DNA of 64,000 nt from an uncultured Gammaproteobacteria bacterium (GCA_965230895.1 OZ246394.1:569316-633315); one strand, 5' to 3'; shown: positions 38,324 to 50,300, numbered from the stretch's first letter. The notes: generated by a model not told the origin, from the letters alone. Made by a program: numbers and translations.

Positions 38324-39010
38324 ATGGGATACTCTCATATAATAAACATGGTCCCCGAAGTTGCAGATACACTATTGGATTCATTGAACAGAGGGCTGCT
38401 AACAGCCGCTTCTTTTGTGCCTAATTTACTCTCTGGAACTGTCATCCTCCTCATTGGTATCGTCATTGGCGCAGTGGTCAAAAGACTTATTTTGGGTATC
38501 TTTGGCGCGATGAAAATCGAAGCGTATTTGAAACGATATGGTATTCCTGAGGCAAATAAGGAATTCAGTTGGAGTAATATCCTTTCAGAAATTGCTCGTT
38601 GGTTTGTCGTAGTGCTCTTTCTTATCCCAACAGCTGAGATCTGGGGATTGCCACAGGTTGCAACTATTTTAAATACATTCCTTTTGTACCTTCCAAATGT
38701 TTTCGTCGCAGCGATTATCGGATTGGTAGGGCTTGTATTTGCTAGACTCGCATCTGATGTCGTAGCTGCTTCAACAAGAGAATTAAATCCGGGAGTTTCG
38801 AAGACTGTTGCTTCAGTTGTCCGAATTGCCTTAACTATTTTCGTACTTCTCGCTGTTCTTAATCAACTTGGCGTTGCACAGGATCTTATCCGAATTCTCT
38901 TTACTGGATTTGTAGCGATGATCGCTCTTGCTGGAGGAATTGCATTTGGATTGGGTGGTAAAGATTTCGCTAAAACACTTCTCGATAGCCTCAAGAAAAA
39001 AGTTAAGTAG
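38324..39010 (+). CDS. Membrane protein with repeated MscS-type conserved TM-helix motifs (small mechanosensitive-channel-like)
   Basis: Several hydrophobic helices with repeated ...LL.G.V...IGxV.. patterns; 228 aa; Lys-rich C-terminus. Confidence 0.45.
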   Translation: MGYSHIINMVPEVADTLLDSLNRGLLTAASFVPNLLSGTVILLIGIVIGAVVKRLILGIFGAMKIEAYLKRYGIPEANKEFSWSNILSEIARWFVVVLFLIPTAEIWGLPQVATILNTFLLYLPNVFVAAIIGLVGLVFARLASDVVAASTRELNPGVSKTVASVVRIALTIFVLLAVLNQLGVAQDLIRILFTGFVAMIALAGGIAFGLGGKDFAKTLLDSLKKKVK

Positions 39011-39034
39011 TACTCACTGAATAGAGCTGAAGTC

Positions 39035-39991
39035 TTAATTAAGGAAATTCTTTATCAACTCACTTACTTCTTCTGTACTTTCAAATAACACTGCATGTCC
39101 TGAATTCGGTATGATATGTAATTGTGAATTCTTAATAAGGTTATGTACTTTCTTGGCATTTCGCACATCTGTGAATTCATCTCGTTCTCCTGTAATCAGC
39201 AACGTTGGAGCTGAAATATTCTTAAGATTATTATATCTTTTATTCTCTGCCGTTTGATCCGCGAAGGCTAATTGCTGCGCAATCTTGGCATTGAGACTTT
39301 CCCCCAATCCATGTGGGACTTCATTGCTTTGCTTTGCAAGCTTTAACTCATCAAGATATTCATCTTTTTGGTCTTGATCCTCAAACATCATTGGGACGTA
39401 GAATTCTTCCCAGTTTGCTGCGATATTCTGCTGCACACTATCTTGAATTCGCTTCGGCGCAGGGTAGATTTCTTTGCCTCCTGGCGTCGTTGAAACAAGG
39501 ATCAATTTATTGACCTTGTGAGGATAATCTTCTGCTATATTTTGTGCGACAAAGCTACCAAGCGACCAACCTAAGATATCCGCCTTTTCAATCTTTAAAG
39601 CATCCATAAGTTCTATGACATCTTCAGCCATTTGATGCTGAGTCATGCCTTGTACATCACCAGTTGATTGTCCAACGCCTCGATAATCATAGACAATAAT
39701 CTTGTGTCCTTTTGAGAGCTCCCGAAGAAGTTCTGGATCCCAATGTTGCATGGTCATACCAAAACCTGGTATTAAAATAATTGGATCCCCTTCTCCCCGA
39801 GTATAATACGCGATATCCGCCCGTTTGATATGTGCATGTTCTACATCCACAGTAAACTTGGGTGCAGAATAGACGGTATAAGCTAAAACACTAAAATAGG
39901 ATGCGAAGACTACTGTGTAGACGATAATAATCAGATGGAGTACTGGAAGTTTTAGTAATTTGCGACGCCAAACACGGATTTTCCTCTTCAT
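39035..39991 (-). CDS. Membrane-anchored alpha/beta hydrolase (proline iminopeptidase/esterase-like)
   Basis: N-terminal TM; GWSLGSF nucleophile elbow; HGXP-like oxyanion GFGMT; C-terminal SGHAV. Confidence 0.6.
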   Translation of the reverse strand: MKRKIRVWRRKLLKLPVLHLIIIVYTVVFASYFSVLAYTVYSAPKFTVDVEHAHIKRADIAYYTRGEGDPIILIPGFGMTMQHWDPELLRELSKGHKIIVYDYRGVGQSTGDVQGMTQHQMAEDVIELMDALKIEKADILGWSLGSFVAQNIAEDYPHKVNKLILVSTTPGGKEIYPAPKRIQDSVQQNIAANWEEFYVPMMFEDQDQKDEYLDELKLAKQSNEVPHGLGESLNAKIAQQLAFADQTAENKRYNNLKNISAPTLLITGERDEFTDVRNAKKVHNLIKNSQLHIIPNSGHAVLFESTEEVSELIKNFLN

Positions 39992-40069
39992 AAGAACGCA
40001 TTATAGCATTTCTACTTAAGATGACAAATGAGCTTGTTTTTGGTAAAATACAGTTTAGTCAGATATTCT

Positions 40070-40144
40070 GGCCCCTTCTTCTATCGGTTAGGAAATCGGG
40101 CTTTCATCCCGGGAAGACGAGTTCGACTCTCGTAGGGGTCACCA
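40070..40144 (+). tRNA. tRNA-Glu (anticodon TTC), CCA encoded
   Basis: GGCCCCT-TC-TTCT-ATCGGTTA-GGAA-A-TCGGG-CTTTCAT-CCCGG-GAAG-ACGAG-TTCGACT-CTCGT-AGGGGTC-A-CCA folds as a cloverleaf. Confidence 0.8.
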
Positions 40145-40152
40145 ACAAAGAC

Positions 40153-40175
40153 AGCTCCGCAAGGAGCTTTTTTTG
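40153..40175 (+). terminator. Rho-independent terminator after tRNA-Glu
   Basis: agctcc-gcaa-ggagct stem-loop followed by a T7 run. Confidence 0.6.
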
Positions 40176-40232
40176 TACTTTCTCAAAAGTAAGTAGTGTA
40201 CGTTATAATATAAAACATGCTACCATCGCTAT

Positions 40233-40811
40233 ATGTTAAAGCTTCACGTTATCATCGGTAGTACTCGTCCAGGCAGAGTTGGATTACCTATCGGAGAATG
40301 GATCTACGAACAAGCAAAGAAGAATACAGAGTTTGAGACAAAGCTCGTAGATCTCGCAGAAATTAACCTCCCGTTCTTGGATGAACCAAATCATCCTCGT
40401 TTTCAACAATATACAAAAGAACACACGAAGCAATGGAGTGCTCTGATAAATGAAGCTGATGCATATATTTTTGTAACTCCTGAGTACAATTTCTCAATGC
40501 CAGCACCTCTTAAAAATGCTATTGATTACCTCCATCATGAATGGAAATACAAACCAGCGGGTATTACATCCTATGGTGGTGTCTCAGCAGGGACACGTTC
40601 TGCACAGATGCTTAAACAAGTATTAACGGGCGTTGGAATAATGCCAATTCAAGAAGGGATTTATATGCCAATGATTCGAGATCATATAGGTGAAAAAGGT
40701 GAGTTTATCAATACCGAGCGATATGAGCATTCTGTACAAGTACAACTTGAACAGTTAGCAATCTGGGGAAAACATCTTAAAAGCCTTCGTGAAGAATTAC
40801 AGCAGAAATAA
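40233..40811 (+). CDS. NAD(P)H-dependent FMN reductase (flavodoxin-like)
   Basis: LHVIIGSTRPGRVG start, FVTPEYNFSMPAPLKNAIDY motif typical of the YieF/SsuE-like family. Confidence 0.75.
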   Translation: MLKLHVIIGSTRPGRVGLPIGEWIYEQAKKNTEFETKLVDLAEINLPFLDEPNHPRFQQYTKEHTKQWSALINEADAYIFVTPEYNFSMPAPLKNAIDYLHHEWKYKPAGITSYGGVSAGTRSAQMLKQVLTGVGIMPIQEGIYMPMIRDHIGEKGEFINTERYEHSVQVQLEQLAIWGKHLKSLREELQQK

Positions 40812-40814
40812 TGT

Positions 40815-42584
40815 TTAATAGATATCGAATTTCTCCAAAAGTTTCTTATTTCCTTCAACTTGGTAATGAAGAAGTTCTGAATAAATACCCTTCTTCTGTG
40901 ACAATGCTTTTGGAGTACCACTTTCGACAATCTTTCCTTCGCTAACTACCAAAACAGTATCAACATTTTGGATTGTACTGAAACGATGTGCGATGATAAT
41001 AACCAATTTATTCTTCATCAATTGCTCCAACGCATCCTGCACTTCTTTCTCAGATTTTGCATCAAGACTTGAGGTTGCTTCATCAAGGATAAGGATTGGA
41101 GCATTTTTGAGAATTGCTCGAGCAATTTGGATTCTTTGCTTCTGTCCGCCAGACAATCGGACACCACGTTCTCCAACTTCACTATCAATTTGCTTTGGTA
41201 GCTTCATCACGAAATCATAGGCATTTGCGAGCTTTAATGCTTTGACTACTTCAGCATCAGTTGCATCAGGTCGACCATATGCGACATTTTCTTTGATTGA
41301 TGTAGAGAACAATTCATTATTTTGGAAAACCAAAGAAATATTATTTCGGACAAATGCATGATCAAGCTCAGTATATTCTTTGTCTTTGAGGAGAATCTTT
41401 CCACTTGTTGGATCATAAAACTTCAAAATTAAATTGATGATTGTCGACTTACCAGCACCACTATGTCCAACGAGAGCTACAGATTCGTTCTTCTTAATGG
41501 TAAAGCTTACATTATGTAACACTTTTCCTTCATCGTTATAACTAAATCCAACATCTTGGAAAGTAATTGTCGGATCTTTCACCTTTGCTTCTTTTGATTT
41601 CTTTGTATAGTCCTCTTTTGATTCGAGATCCAGCACTTCAAGATATTCTTTGGAACCTGCTTCTGCCATTTGGAGTTGTGTCAGAATAAATGACATCGCA
41701 AACAATGGAATTCTCGCCTGGTTGACCAATTGCAAAATCAAAACCATTTCACCGATAGAAAGTCGGCCTACAAATGTTTCATAGAAGACGATTATGTTAA
41801 TGATAAAAAGAATGATATTGAGTGATAAACCACGGAAGAAATCAAAGATGTGGAATGTCTGACTTTGTCGAGCATAGATCTTATTAATATCAGTCAAGTC
41901 TTTTGAGGCTGTGTCATATTCAATCTTTTCGCTTGTGAAACTCTTTACCAAACTAATATTGGCAATCACTTCCTGCATTCTCCCACGATTACGATCTTCA
42001 ATCGCATTCTTAAGAACTTCTTCTTTACCCCATTTCACGGTCGAGTAATATGAAATTGTTAAATAAACTGGAAACAAAATGAAAGTGAAGAACGCGATTG
42101 GCAAATTATAGTAAGCAAGAACCACAATGGTAAAAATACTTTGGACAAAGGTCGGCAAAATGAAATTGGTTGCAGTATTAAGGAAACCTTGAGTGGATGT
42201 AATTCCTCGAGAAAGTTGATTAACAACCTTCCCTGAGATTTCGGAATCGAAGTAAGATTGTGGAAGTCGTAAAACTTTATCATAAAACTTTTCAGTTAAG
42301 AACTGCCGCATTCTTCCAGCGAAATGATCACCAATTCGCTCAGAAACTGAATTGGTTACCAATCCAAGTAAGTTCATTCCAAATGAAATGATAATTAACG
42401 TAATGAGCCACTGTACATTCCCGCGGCCCCCTGAGACTTGTGCCACAATTTCATCGACAATGAATTTTGAAAGGATAGGAGCTATCAAACCGAGAATCGC
42501 ACCAAACAAGATAAGCAGCGCTAAAATGATAACCAAATGGTGGAGCGGTCTTGATATCTTAATAATCTTTGCCAGATTTTTCAT
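40815..42584 (-). CDS. ABC transporter, fused permease and ATP-binding subunit (MsbA/multidrug exporter-like)
   Basis: Six TM helices N-terminally; Walker A GHSGAGKST, signature LSGGQKQR, Walker B ILILDEATS. Confidence 0.9.
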   Translation of the reverse strand: MKNLAKIIKISRPLHHLVIILALLILFGAILGLIAPILSKFIVDEIVAQVSGGRGNVQWLITLIIISFGMNLLGLVTNSVSERIGDHFAGRMRQFLTEKFYDKVLRLPQSYFDSEISGKVVNQLSRGITSTQGFLNTATNFILPTFVQSIFTIVVLAYYNLPIAFFTFILFPVYLTISYYSTVKWGKEEVLKNAIEDRNRGRMQEVIANISLVKSFTSEKIEYDTASKDLTDINKIYARQSQTFHIFDFFRGLSLNIILFIINIIVFYETFVGRLSIGEMVLILQLVNQARIPLFAMSFILTQLQMAEAGSKEYLEVLDLESKEDYTKKSKEAKVKDPTITFQDVGFSYNDEGKVLHNVSFTIKKNESVALVGHSGAGKSTIINLILKFYDPTSGKILLKDKEYTELDHAFVRNNISLVFQNNELFSTSIKENVAYGRPDATDAEVVKALKLANAYDFVMKLPKQIDSEVGERGVRLSGGQKQRIQIARAILKNAPILILDEATSSLDAKSEKEVQDALEQLMKNKLVIIIAHRFSTIQNVDTVLVVSEGKIVESGTPKALSQKKGIYSELLHYQVEGNKKLLEKFDIY

Positions 42585-42610
42585 ACCCTTATTTTACAAC
42601 AAACGCATCT

Positions 42611-42670
42611 GTCATGCTGAACTTGTTTCAGCATCTTTAATTAAAGATCCCGAAATAAATTCGGGATGAC
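42611..42670 (+). repeat. Two-hairpin interspersed intergenic repeat, copy C (canonical 60-nt form)
   Basis: gtcatgctgaacttgtttcagcatc tttaattaaa gatcccgaaataaattcgggatgac: two 8-bp-stem/5-nt-loop hairpins flanked by gtcat...atgac. Confidence 0.7.
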
Positions 42671-42720
42671 ATTTAAATCTATTACGCAATCTATACTATA
42701 TACTGCTATACTAGCAGTAT

Positions 42721-43206
42721 ATGACTGAAGAGAAATACATCCGAGACGAATTAGTTTTCCACCTGACGCAAGGTCATGCACACATGCCTTTTGTGGAAGC
42801 AGTCGCTAATTTCCCAGAAGAACATTATAATACCGTTTTTACAAATGGTGACTACACCTTTTGGCATTTGCTTGAACATATCCGACGGACACAAAAAGAT
42901 ATTTTGGATTTCATGACTGATCCAGACTATAAAGAACCTTCATGGCCACGGGATTACTGGCCAGCAAAAGATGCAAAAGCGACAAAGGCTGATTGGGAGA
43001 AAACAGTTCATAGTTTTAAAGCCGATCAAGAGAAATTAAAAGCATACATTGAAGATCCAAAGACAGATTTATACGAAAAGATTGCAAGAGGCACCGGTCA
43101 AACAGTATTCCGGGAAATTAGGGTAATCGTTGATCACAATGCTTACCACATTGGAGAGTTTGCAATTATGCGACAAGTCCATGATACATGGGGGAAGAAT
43201 CACTAG
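42721..43206 (+). CDS. DinB/YfiT-like (DinB_2) putative metal-dependent enzyme
   Basis: Four-helix-bundle-family His motifs (WHLLEHIRRTQ, HNAYHIGE); 161 aa. Confidence 0.6.
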   Translation: MTEEKYIRDELVFHLTQGHAHMPFVEAVANFPEEHYNTVFTNGDYTFWHLLEHIRRTQKDILDFMTDPDYKEPSWPRDYWPAKDAKATKADWEKTVHSFKADQEKLKAYIEDPKTDLYEKIARGTGQTVFREIRVIVDHNAYHIGEFAIMRQVHDTWGKNH

Positions 43207-43463
43207 AGAGCCATCCAGAGAGATTTATCTAAGAATGCTTTTAATGCTTGTTTTGTCTCCTGAGGGCTTCGATATTTTCCTTCATTTTCAACAGTAATAG
43301 TTTTTCTTTTGGAAATCCGCTCAGTACCATAGACGACATGGACCTTAAAACTTCCATCATCAGTTCCCAACCTTTTTGAAACTTCCAAGGCTTTGTCAGG
43401 ATTTATTCCTTTATATTGTTTTCTATTAATAGTGAGATAGACTTTGGGTTCGATCTTTTTCAT
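43203..43463 (-). CDS. Small basic hypothetical protein (86 aa)
   Basis: ORF only; weak resemblance to a SUI1/YciH-like fold is not supportable. Confidence 0.3.
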   Translation of the reverse strand: MKKIEPKVYLTINRKQYKGINPDKALEVSKRLGTDDGSFKVHVVYGTERISKRKTITVENEGKYRSPQETKQALKAFLDKSLWMAL

Positions 43464-43521
43464 AACAAAACCCTATTGTAAGGATTTGTGGCTAAAATGC
43501 AAGTACTAAATCAAATTTCGT

Positions 43522-43932
43522 TTATACGTGACTTTCTCGTCGGGCATTAAAGAAGGTTTGGAAGAATGATGGTTTTGCTTCCTTTGGTTCAACCTCATGA
43601 GCATTTTCTACATGCTGCTCTCTTTGAGCAAGGAGTTGGGCGTTTTCTGTTTCAAGACTTTGTACTTTATCTTGGAGAGCGTGAATCTCTTCTTGATCAT
43701 GTGCAATAACTTTTTCTTTGCCGCGGAGCTTTTGATATGCTTCAAGCGAATTCATACCACTGATAATAGAAGATAATAATACTCCAAGAACAATTGATGA
43801 AATGATAACAAAGTAAAGTGGAACGTTTGCAATAACATTATTTGCAACGACCAGTGTGACACCGATGGTGTTTTGGATTGCAAAATATGCAACTGCTAAA
43901 GCGAAAAGCATTACAACTATTAAACTTAACAT
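43522..43932 (-). CDS. Membrane protein with two N-terminal TM helices and C-terminal coiled coil (LapA/DUF1049-like)
   Basis: Two TM helices then EEIHALQDKVQSLETENAQLLAQREQ coiled coil. Confidence 0.4.
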   Translation of the reverse strand: MLSLIVVMLFALAVAYFAIQNTIGVTLVVANNVIANVPLYFVIISSIVLGVLLSSIISGMNSLEAYQKLRGKEKVIAHDQEEIHALQDKVQSLETENAQLLAQREQHVENAHEVEPKEAKPSFFQTFFNARRESHV

Positions 43933-43997
43933 AACTCTATGTTAAAGGATGGGATTGAGAAAGAAGTTAAAAAAGAGTAAGGTCTCTGCAAGAAGAA

Positions 43998-44960
43998 TTA
44001 GAGATTTGCTTTATAATCTGTAAGAACAGATTTGAGGTCTTCAATCTTCTTCGTTTCCATCAACTTAACTCGTAATTCAGAAGCCTCAGGGAAATTACTA
44101 ATGTATGTTTTCGCAAACTTTTTCAAATTCGCGAAATTCCGCTCTCCACCCCAGGTTTTGATAAAGATATTAATATGATAAAGGAAAAGATCAACACGTT
44201 GTAACACTGTTATGTCTTCCATACGAACATTTGGATTAAACATCCAAGGGTTAGCAAAAATTCCTCGACCAACCATATATCCATCAGCATTATATTGAGT
44301 AAACTTATCTTGAATATCTGTTAATGAAGTAATATCACCATTGCCTATCAATGTTGTCTCAGGCGCAATCTCATCACGCATCTTTTTAACTGCAGGCATG
44401 TATTCCCAATGTGCTGGGACTTTGGACATTTCCCGGACAGTTCTAAGATGGACTGTTAATGCAGCAATTTTTTGTTCGAGCAAAAAAGTAATCCATTCTT
44501 CCTTTTGGTCATGATCAAAACCCACGCGTGTCTTCACACTTACAGGCAAATCACCTGCTCCTTTCTTCGTCGCTTCAATGATTTCTCCCGCCAAACTCGG
44601 ATTCTTAATTAATGCAGAACAAGCTCCACCTTTAATAACCGTCCTGTCAGGACAGCCCATATTGATATCGATTCCATCAAATCCGAGCTCAACCAATTCC
44701 TGTGCCGTACGATAAAAGAAATCTGGTTTTGTACCCCAAATCTGCGCAATGATTGGACGCTGCGCCGGCAAATATTGAAAGTTCTCTAAAACTTTTTGAC
44801 GCCCATGCGAAAATAAACCTTCAGTCATCGTAAATTCTGTAAACAAGACATCGGGCTTGCCTATCTCAGATATAACCTGTCTGAAAACAACATCTGTCAC
44901 CCCGTCAAGTGGCGCAAGAACTGTAAAAGGTCTCGGTAAATCTTTCCAAGCAAATTTCAT
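43998..44960 (-). CDS. dus: tRNA-dihydrouridine synthase
   Basis: VLAPLDGVTDVVFR N-terminus, catalytic Cys in NMGCP, FMN-binding TIM-barrel motifs. Confidence 0.85.
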   Translation of the reverse strand: MKFAWKDLPRPFTVLAPLDGVTDVVFRQVISEIGKPDVLFTEFTMTEGLFSHGRQKVLENFQYLPAQRPIIAQIWGTKPDFFYRTAQELVELGFDGIDINMGCPDRTVIKGGACSALIKNPSLAGEIIEATKKGAGDLPVSVKTRVGFDHDQKEEWITFLLEQKIAALTVHLRTVREMSKVPAHWEYMPAVKKMRDEIAPETTLIGNGDITSLTDIQDKFTQYNADGYMVGRGIFANPWMFNPNVRMEDITVLQRVDLFLYHINIFIKTWGGERNFANLKKFAKTYISNFPEASELRVKLMETKKIEDLKSVLTDYKANL

Positions 44961-45062
44961 AGACCTATATTTTACTACAAATTGAGGAACTAGTATATCT
45001 TCACTGAACGAAACACAGTTGCGTTGAAGTGTCTAGTCTTCGACTGCGCTCAGGCAATAAAA

Positions 45063-46175
45063 CTATTTTGCAGTATCACTTCCGATGGTCACAACAACAT
45101 CGGTTGCTTGAGAAGCTGGAGCTGGAGCAGATGAAACTTTAACAACGAAATCTTTTTCAAGTTCTGCTTTGAGCTTATCGATATATGCTTGCTCAACATC
45201 TTTCTTTGCTGAGATTTCGGTCTCAGTGAAGTTACTGTTTGCCGCATTTCCTGTAGTACCAACTTTAAATCCAGCAGTGGTCAAAGAAGTTTTTACTTCA
45301 GCAGCTTTACCTTTAATACCACTTCCATTCAAAACAGAAACAGTATATGCTGCCAAATCAACTGGCTTTTCTGTAGGAGCAACTGTTGGTTGGACGGCTG
45401 TTGTAGGAACAGCTGTTGGCTGTGCCACTGGCGGCTGGACAGCTTTCCCTATTTCAGAAACAAATGGAAGTTCTTTTGGAATTGAGACACCTGGAAGAAT
45501 TCCAGAACTGAGTACAGCCATCGCACCAAGTCCGAGAATAAATGAGAATAATGCGATAACAAGGAAGTAAACGAGGAAATGACGCTTTTTACCACCGGCT
45601 TCTCCGGTATCGTCATTTTCATCTTGAATACTAAAAGCACTTGGCGGTGGTGTTGAAGAAAGCTCTTCACCATTTGAACTACTTAATTCTGAAGTTTCGG
45701 ATTTGGATTCTGTTCCTGTTTCTGGTTCAACGACTGGAGACAAAACATCTGTGGTACTTGCTTCTGGCTCTTTATCTTCTTCGCTTGCTTTTTCATCAAC
45801 TGCTTTTGAAGCATCAGTATCAATTACAAAATTATCTGAAGAGATAACCTTTTCTTCTTCTTTTTCTTCAGATTTATCAGTGGATGTAGGCTCTTCACTT
45901 GAGAGAGTTGAGGAGAGATCCGAAGAAAGTTCTTTTTCACTTTCTTCAATTGCCATTATTTTCTTTGCGGCTTCTGTTGGTTCTGCTGGCTCAACAGGTT
46001 CGCTTAATTCTGGAGTTTCTTTCACTTCTTCAGTCTTTTTCGGTTCTTCTGATACTTTTGGTTTTTCTTCAGTAGGAGCTACTACCTTCTCTTCTTCGGC
46101 AGCTTTTGGTTTTACTTCTTCTTCTTTCTTTGGTTTACCAAATGTTATAGATTTGGCACGTTTTCGTGTCTGCAT
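45063..46175 (-). CDS. Membrane protein with acidic disordered N-terminal region and C-terminal LytR_C (cell-envelope-related) domain
   Basis: TM helix HFLVYFLVIALFSFILGLGAMAVL. C-terminal TVSVLNGSGIKGKAAEVKTSLTTAGFKVGTTGNA matches the LytR_C pattern. Confidence 0.5.
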   Translation of the reverse strand: MQTRKRAKSITFGKPKKEEEVKPKAAEEEKVVAPTEEKPKVSEEPKKTEEVKETPELSEPVEPAEPTEAAKKIMAIEESEKELSSDLSSTLSSEEPTSTDKSEEKEEEKVISSDNFVIDTDASKAVDEKASEEDKEPEASTTDVLSPVVEPETGTESKSETSELSSSNGEELSSTPPPSAFSIQDENDDTGEAGGKKRHFLVYFLVIALFSFILGLGAMAVLSSGILPGVSIPKELPFVSEIGKAVQPPVAQPTAVPTTAVQPTVAPTEKPVDLAAYTVSVLNGSGIKGKAAEVKTSLTTAGFKVGTTGNAANSNFTETEISAKKDVEQAYIDKLKAELEKDFVVKVSSAPAPASQATDVVVTIGSDTAK

Positions 46176-46237
46176 AATTATTAACCTACTTTAATTAAAA
46201 AGCATAGAAAAGCGTTTGTCAATCGAAAATATTGAGG

Positions 46238-46825
46238 CTAATTAGCCAAACTCTTTTTGATCTTAACTGTCGAGTAATAAATTGGATCACGGAATAAAAA
46301 GTAAAAGAAATTACAGAACAATCCGAAAAGGATTGTTAAACCAATCAGTTCTGCTGACGTCAGTAACGATATTACGGCATCTACTATTTTATATGGTGCT
46401 GCAAAGACATCCCAAGAATTTACTCGTTCAACTCTTCCCAAAACGATTCCGAAAGCAATAATAAAATTAAACAGAATAATTGCCCACACTTTTTCTACTT
46501 TTTTATAACGCATCCAACTTAAAATATGCTCAAATGGGCGGAAACCAAGAATATAGGCAACAAAGCCAATGAGTTGTAAAATGACAAACTGCATGACGAC
46601 CACAAGCCGTTCAATTCCACCCACTCTTCCCCATTGATGGATAAGATGTATCATGTCTGTGAGTAAGTAAATAGAATTGGGCAAAAAAAGTAGCCACAGG
46701 ATACCTGTCACAACTTGTACAACTTTATTGTGGGATCGAATAAAAAAGTAAGCAAATAAAACTGGGAGTATCGCGAGGAAGATATTAAATGCCATCCACG
46801 AGATATTAAAAAGGATAATGGGCAT
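46238..46825 (-). CDS. Polytopic membrane protein, DUF1361-like
   Basis: 195 aa, about 6 TM helices, conserved LPNSIYLLTD-type motif. Confidence 0.45.
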   Translation of the reverse strand: MPIILFNISWMAFNIFLAILPVLFAYFFIRSHNKVVQVVTGILWLLFLPNSIYLLTDMIHLIHQWGRVGGIERLVVVMQFVILQLIGFVAYILGFRPFEHILSWMRYKKVEKVWAIILFNFIIAFGIVLGRVERVNSWDVFAAPYKIVDAVISLLTSAELIGLTILFGLFCNFFYFLFRDPIYYSTVKIKKSLAN

Positions 46826-46899
46826 TACCCTATTCTACCGATTCCAAAGGTTTGGGTCAAACCTTGCTTCCGTTCTACGTTTTCATTATAATCCTGAGT

Positions 46900-49103
<2,204 letters not shown>

Positions 49104-49148
49104 ACCTTTCAATTTGAACCTCGCAATTCTATTCGTTATAATAAGATA

Positions 49149-50300
49149 ATGTCCAAATGGTTCTTGGGGTGCATTACCGCGGTTTTGTTATTCCTCTTCC
49201 TTCCAAACCAGACAGCACTTGCAGCAGAAAACCCTGTCGCTGTCGCCAACAATAAAGTCGGAATTCATATTCTTTCCGGACTTGAATTGCCGCAGGCCGC
49301 AGAACTCGTCAATAGTAAAGGCGGTGACTGGGGGTATGTTATTGTACCAATCCAATCTGGAGATAAAGACCTCATCAAATGGCAAAAATTCATGGATGAT
49401 TGCAAGAAATATCGCGTTATACCTGTTATTCGATTAGCAACAGAAGGAGATTATTTCAATACTTCAGTATGGAGAGAGCCTACCCCATCCGATATTATCG
49501 ATTTTGCAAATTTTTTGAACTCCCTTGATTGGCCGACAAAGAACCGATACGTCATTGTATTTAATGAAGTGAATCGTGGTGACGAATGGGGTGGGGCAGC
49601 GAATCCAAAAGAATATGCAGAGATTCTGAGTTTTGCAGTCAGTGTTTTTAAGTCAAAGACACCTGATTTCTTTATGATCAGCGCCGGCTTAGATAATGCT
49701 GCACCTGAAGAAGGAACAAAATACATGAATCAATACAGTTATCTGAAACGGATGAATGAGGCTGTGCCAGGCATATTTAATCAACTCGATGGTCTGAGTA
49801 GTCATTCATATCCAAATCCAGGCTTTTCGCAACCACCGGATGACAAGGGCCAAATGGGTATATCGAGTTTTGTTTATGAACGGACACTTGTCAAAAGTAT
49901 GAGCAATAAATTACTTCCTGTATTTATTACAGAAACAGGTTGGGTTTCAGATAAGGTCAGTGATGATCAGCGCGCAGAGTATTATAAAAAAGCTTTTGCA
50001 ACAGTATGGAACGATCCTGGAGTTGTAGCAGTCATGCCATTTTTACTGCAGGCAGGTGCTGGTCCATTTGAAAAATTCACGTTTATTAAAGGTAATGGAG
50101 AAAAGACAAAGCAATATCAAGTCATCCAGGAGATGCCAAAAGTAAAAGGTGTCCCGAGCTACCCTACTCGCCGAGTTCTTGCGGCCAAGACAAGCCGCGA
50201 AGCCGAGATGAAAGATTTTTCATACTATCAGAGAGACCAGCGATCATTTTCTTTGAGCGCAGTGATGCAGGATGTCTTTAATTACTTAATAAACAAGTAA
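49149..50300 (+). CDS. Secreted TIM-barrel glycoside hydrolase, clan GH-A-like
   Basis: Signal peptide. VIVFNEVN (candidate acid/base NE) and VFITETGW (candidate nucleophile ITE) spaced as in GH-A families. Confidence 0.4.
   Translation: MSKWFLGCITAVLLFLFLPNQTALAAENPVAVANNKVGIHILSGLELPQAAELVNSKGGDWGYVIVPIQSGDKDLIKWQKFMDDCKKYRVIPVIRLATEGDYFNTSVWREPTPSDIIDFANFLNSLDWPTKNRYVIVFNEVNRGDEWGGAANPKEYAEILSFAVSVFKSKTPDFFMISAGLDNAAPEEGTKYMNQYSYLKRMNEAVPGIFNQLDGLSSHSYPNPGFSQPPDDKGQMGISSFVYERTLVKSMSNKLLPVFITETGWVSDKVSDDQRAEYYKKAFATVWNDPGVVAVMPFLLQAGAGPFEKFTFIKGNGEKTKQYQVIQEMPKVKGVPSYPTRRVLAAKTSREAEMKDFSYYQRDQRSFSLSAVMQDVFNYLINK

Noticed and set aside
40021-40239. 72-aa ORF overlapping tRNA-Glu, and the 4699..4893 ORF overlapping tRNA-Lys
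   Set aside because: Both run through well-formed tRNA cloverleaves and are spurious.
43203-43463. SUI1/YciH translation factor assignment for the 86-aa protein
   Set aside because: Only a vague resemblance (basic patch, KRKTITV) without the conserved GRKGK..VT..G signature.
44961-45062. Possible extra copy of the interspersed repeat downstream of dus
   Set aside because: It contains a bulged hairpin (cttcactgaacg...cgttgaag) but lacks the gtcat/atgac termini and the canonical stem sequence.
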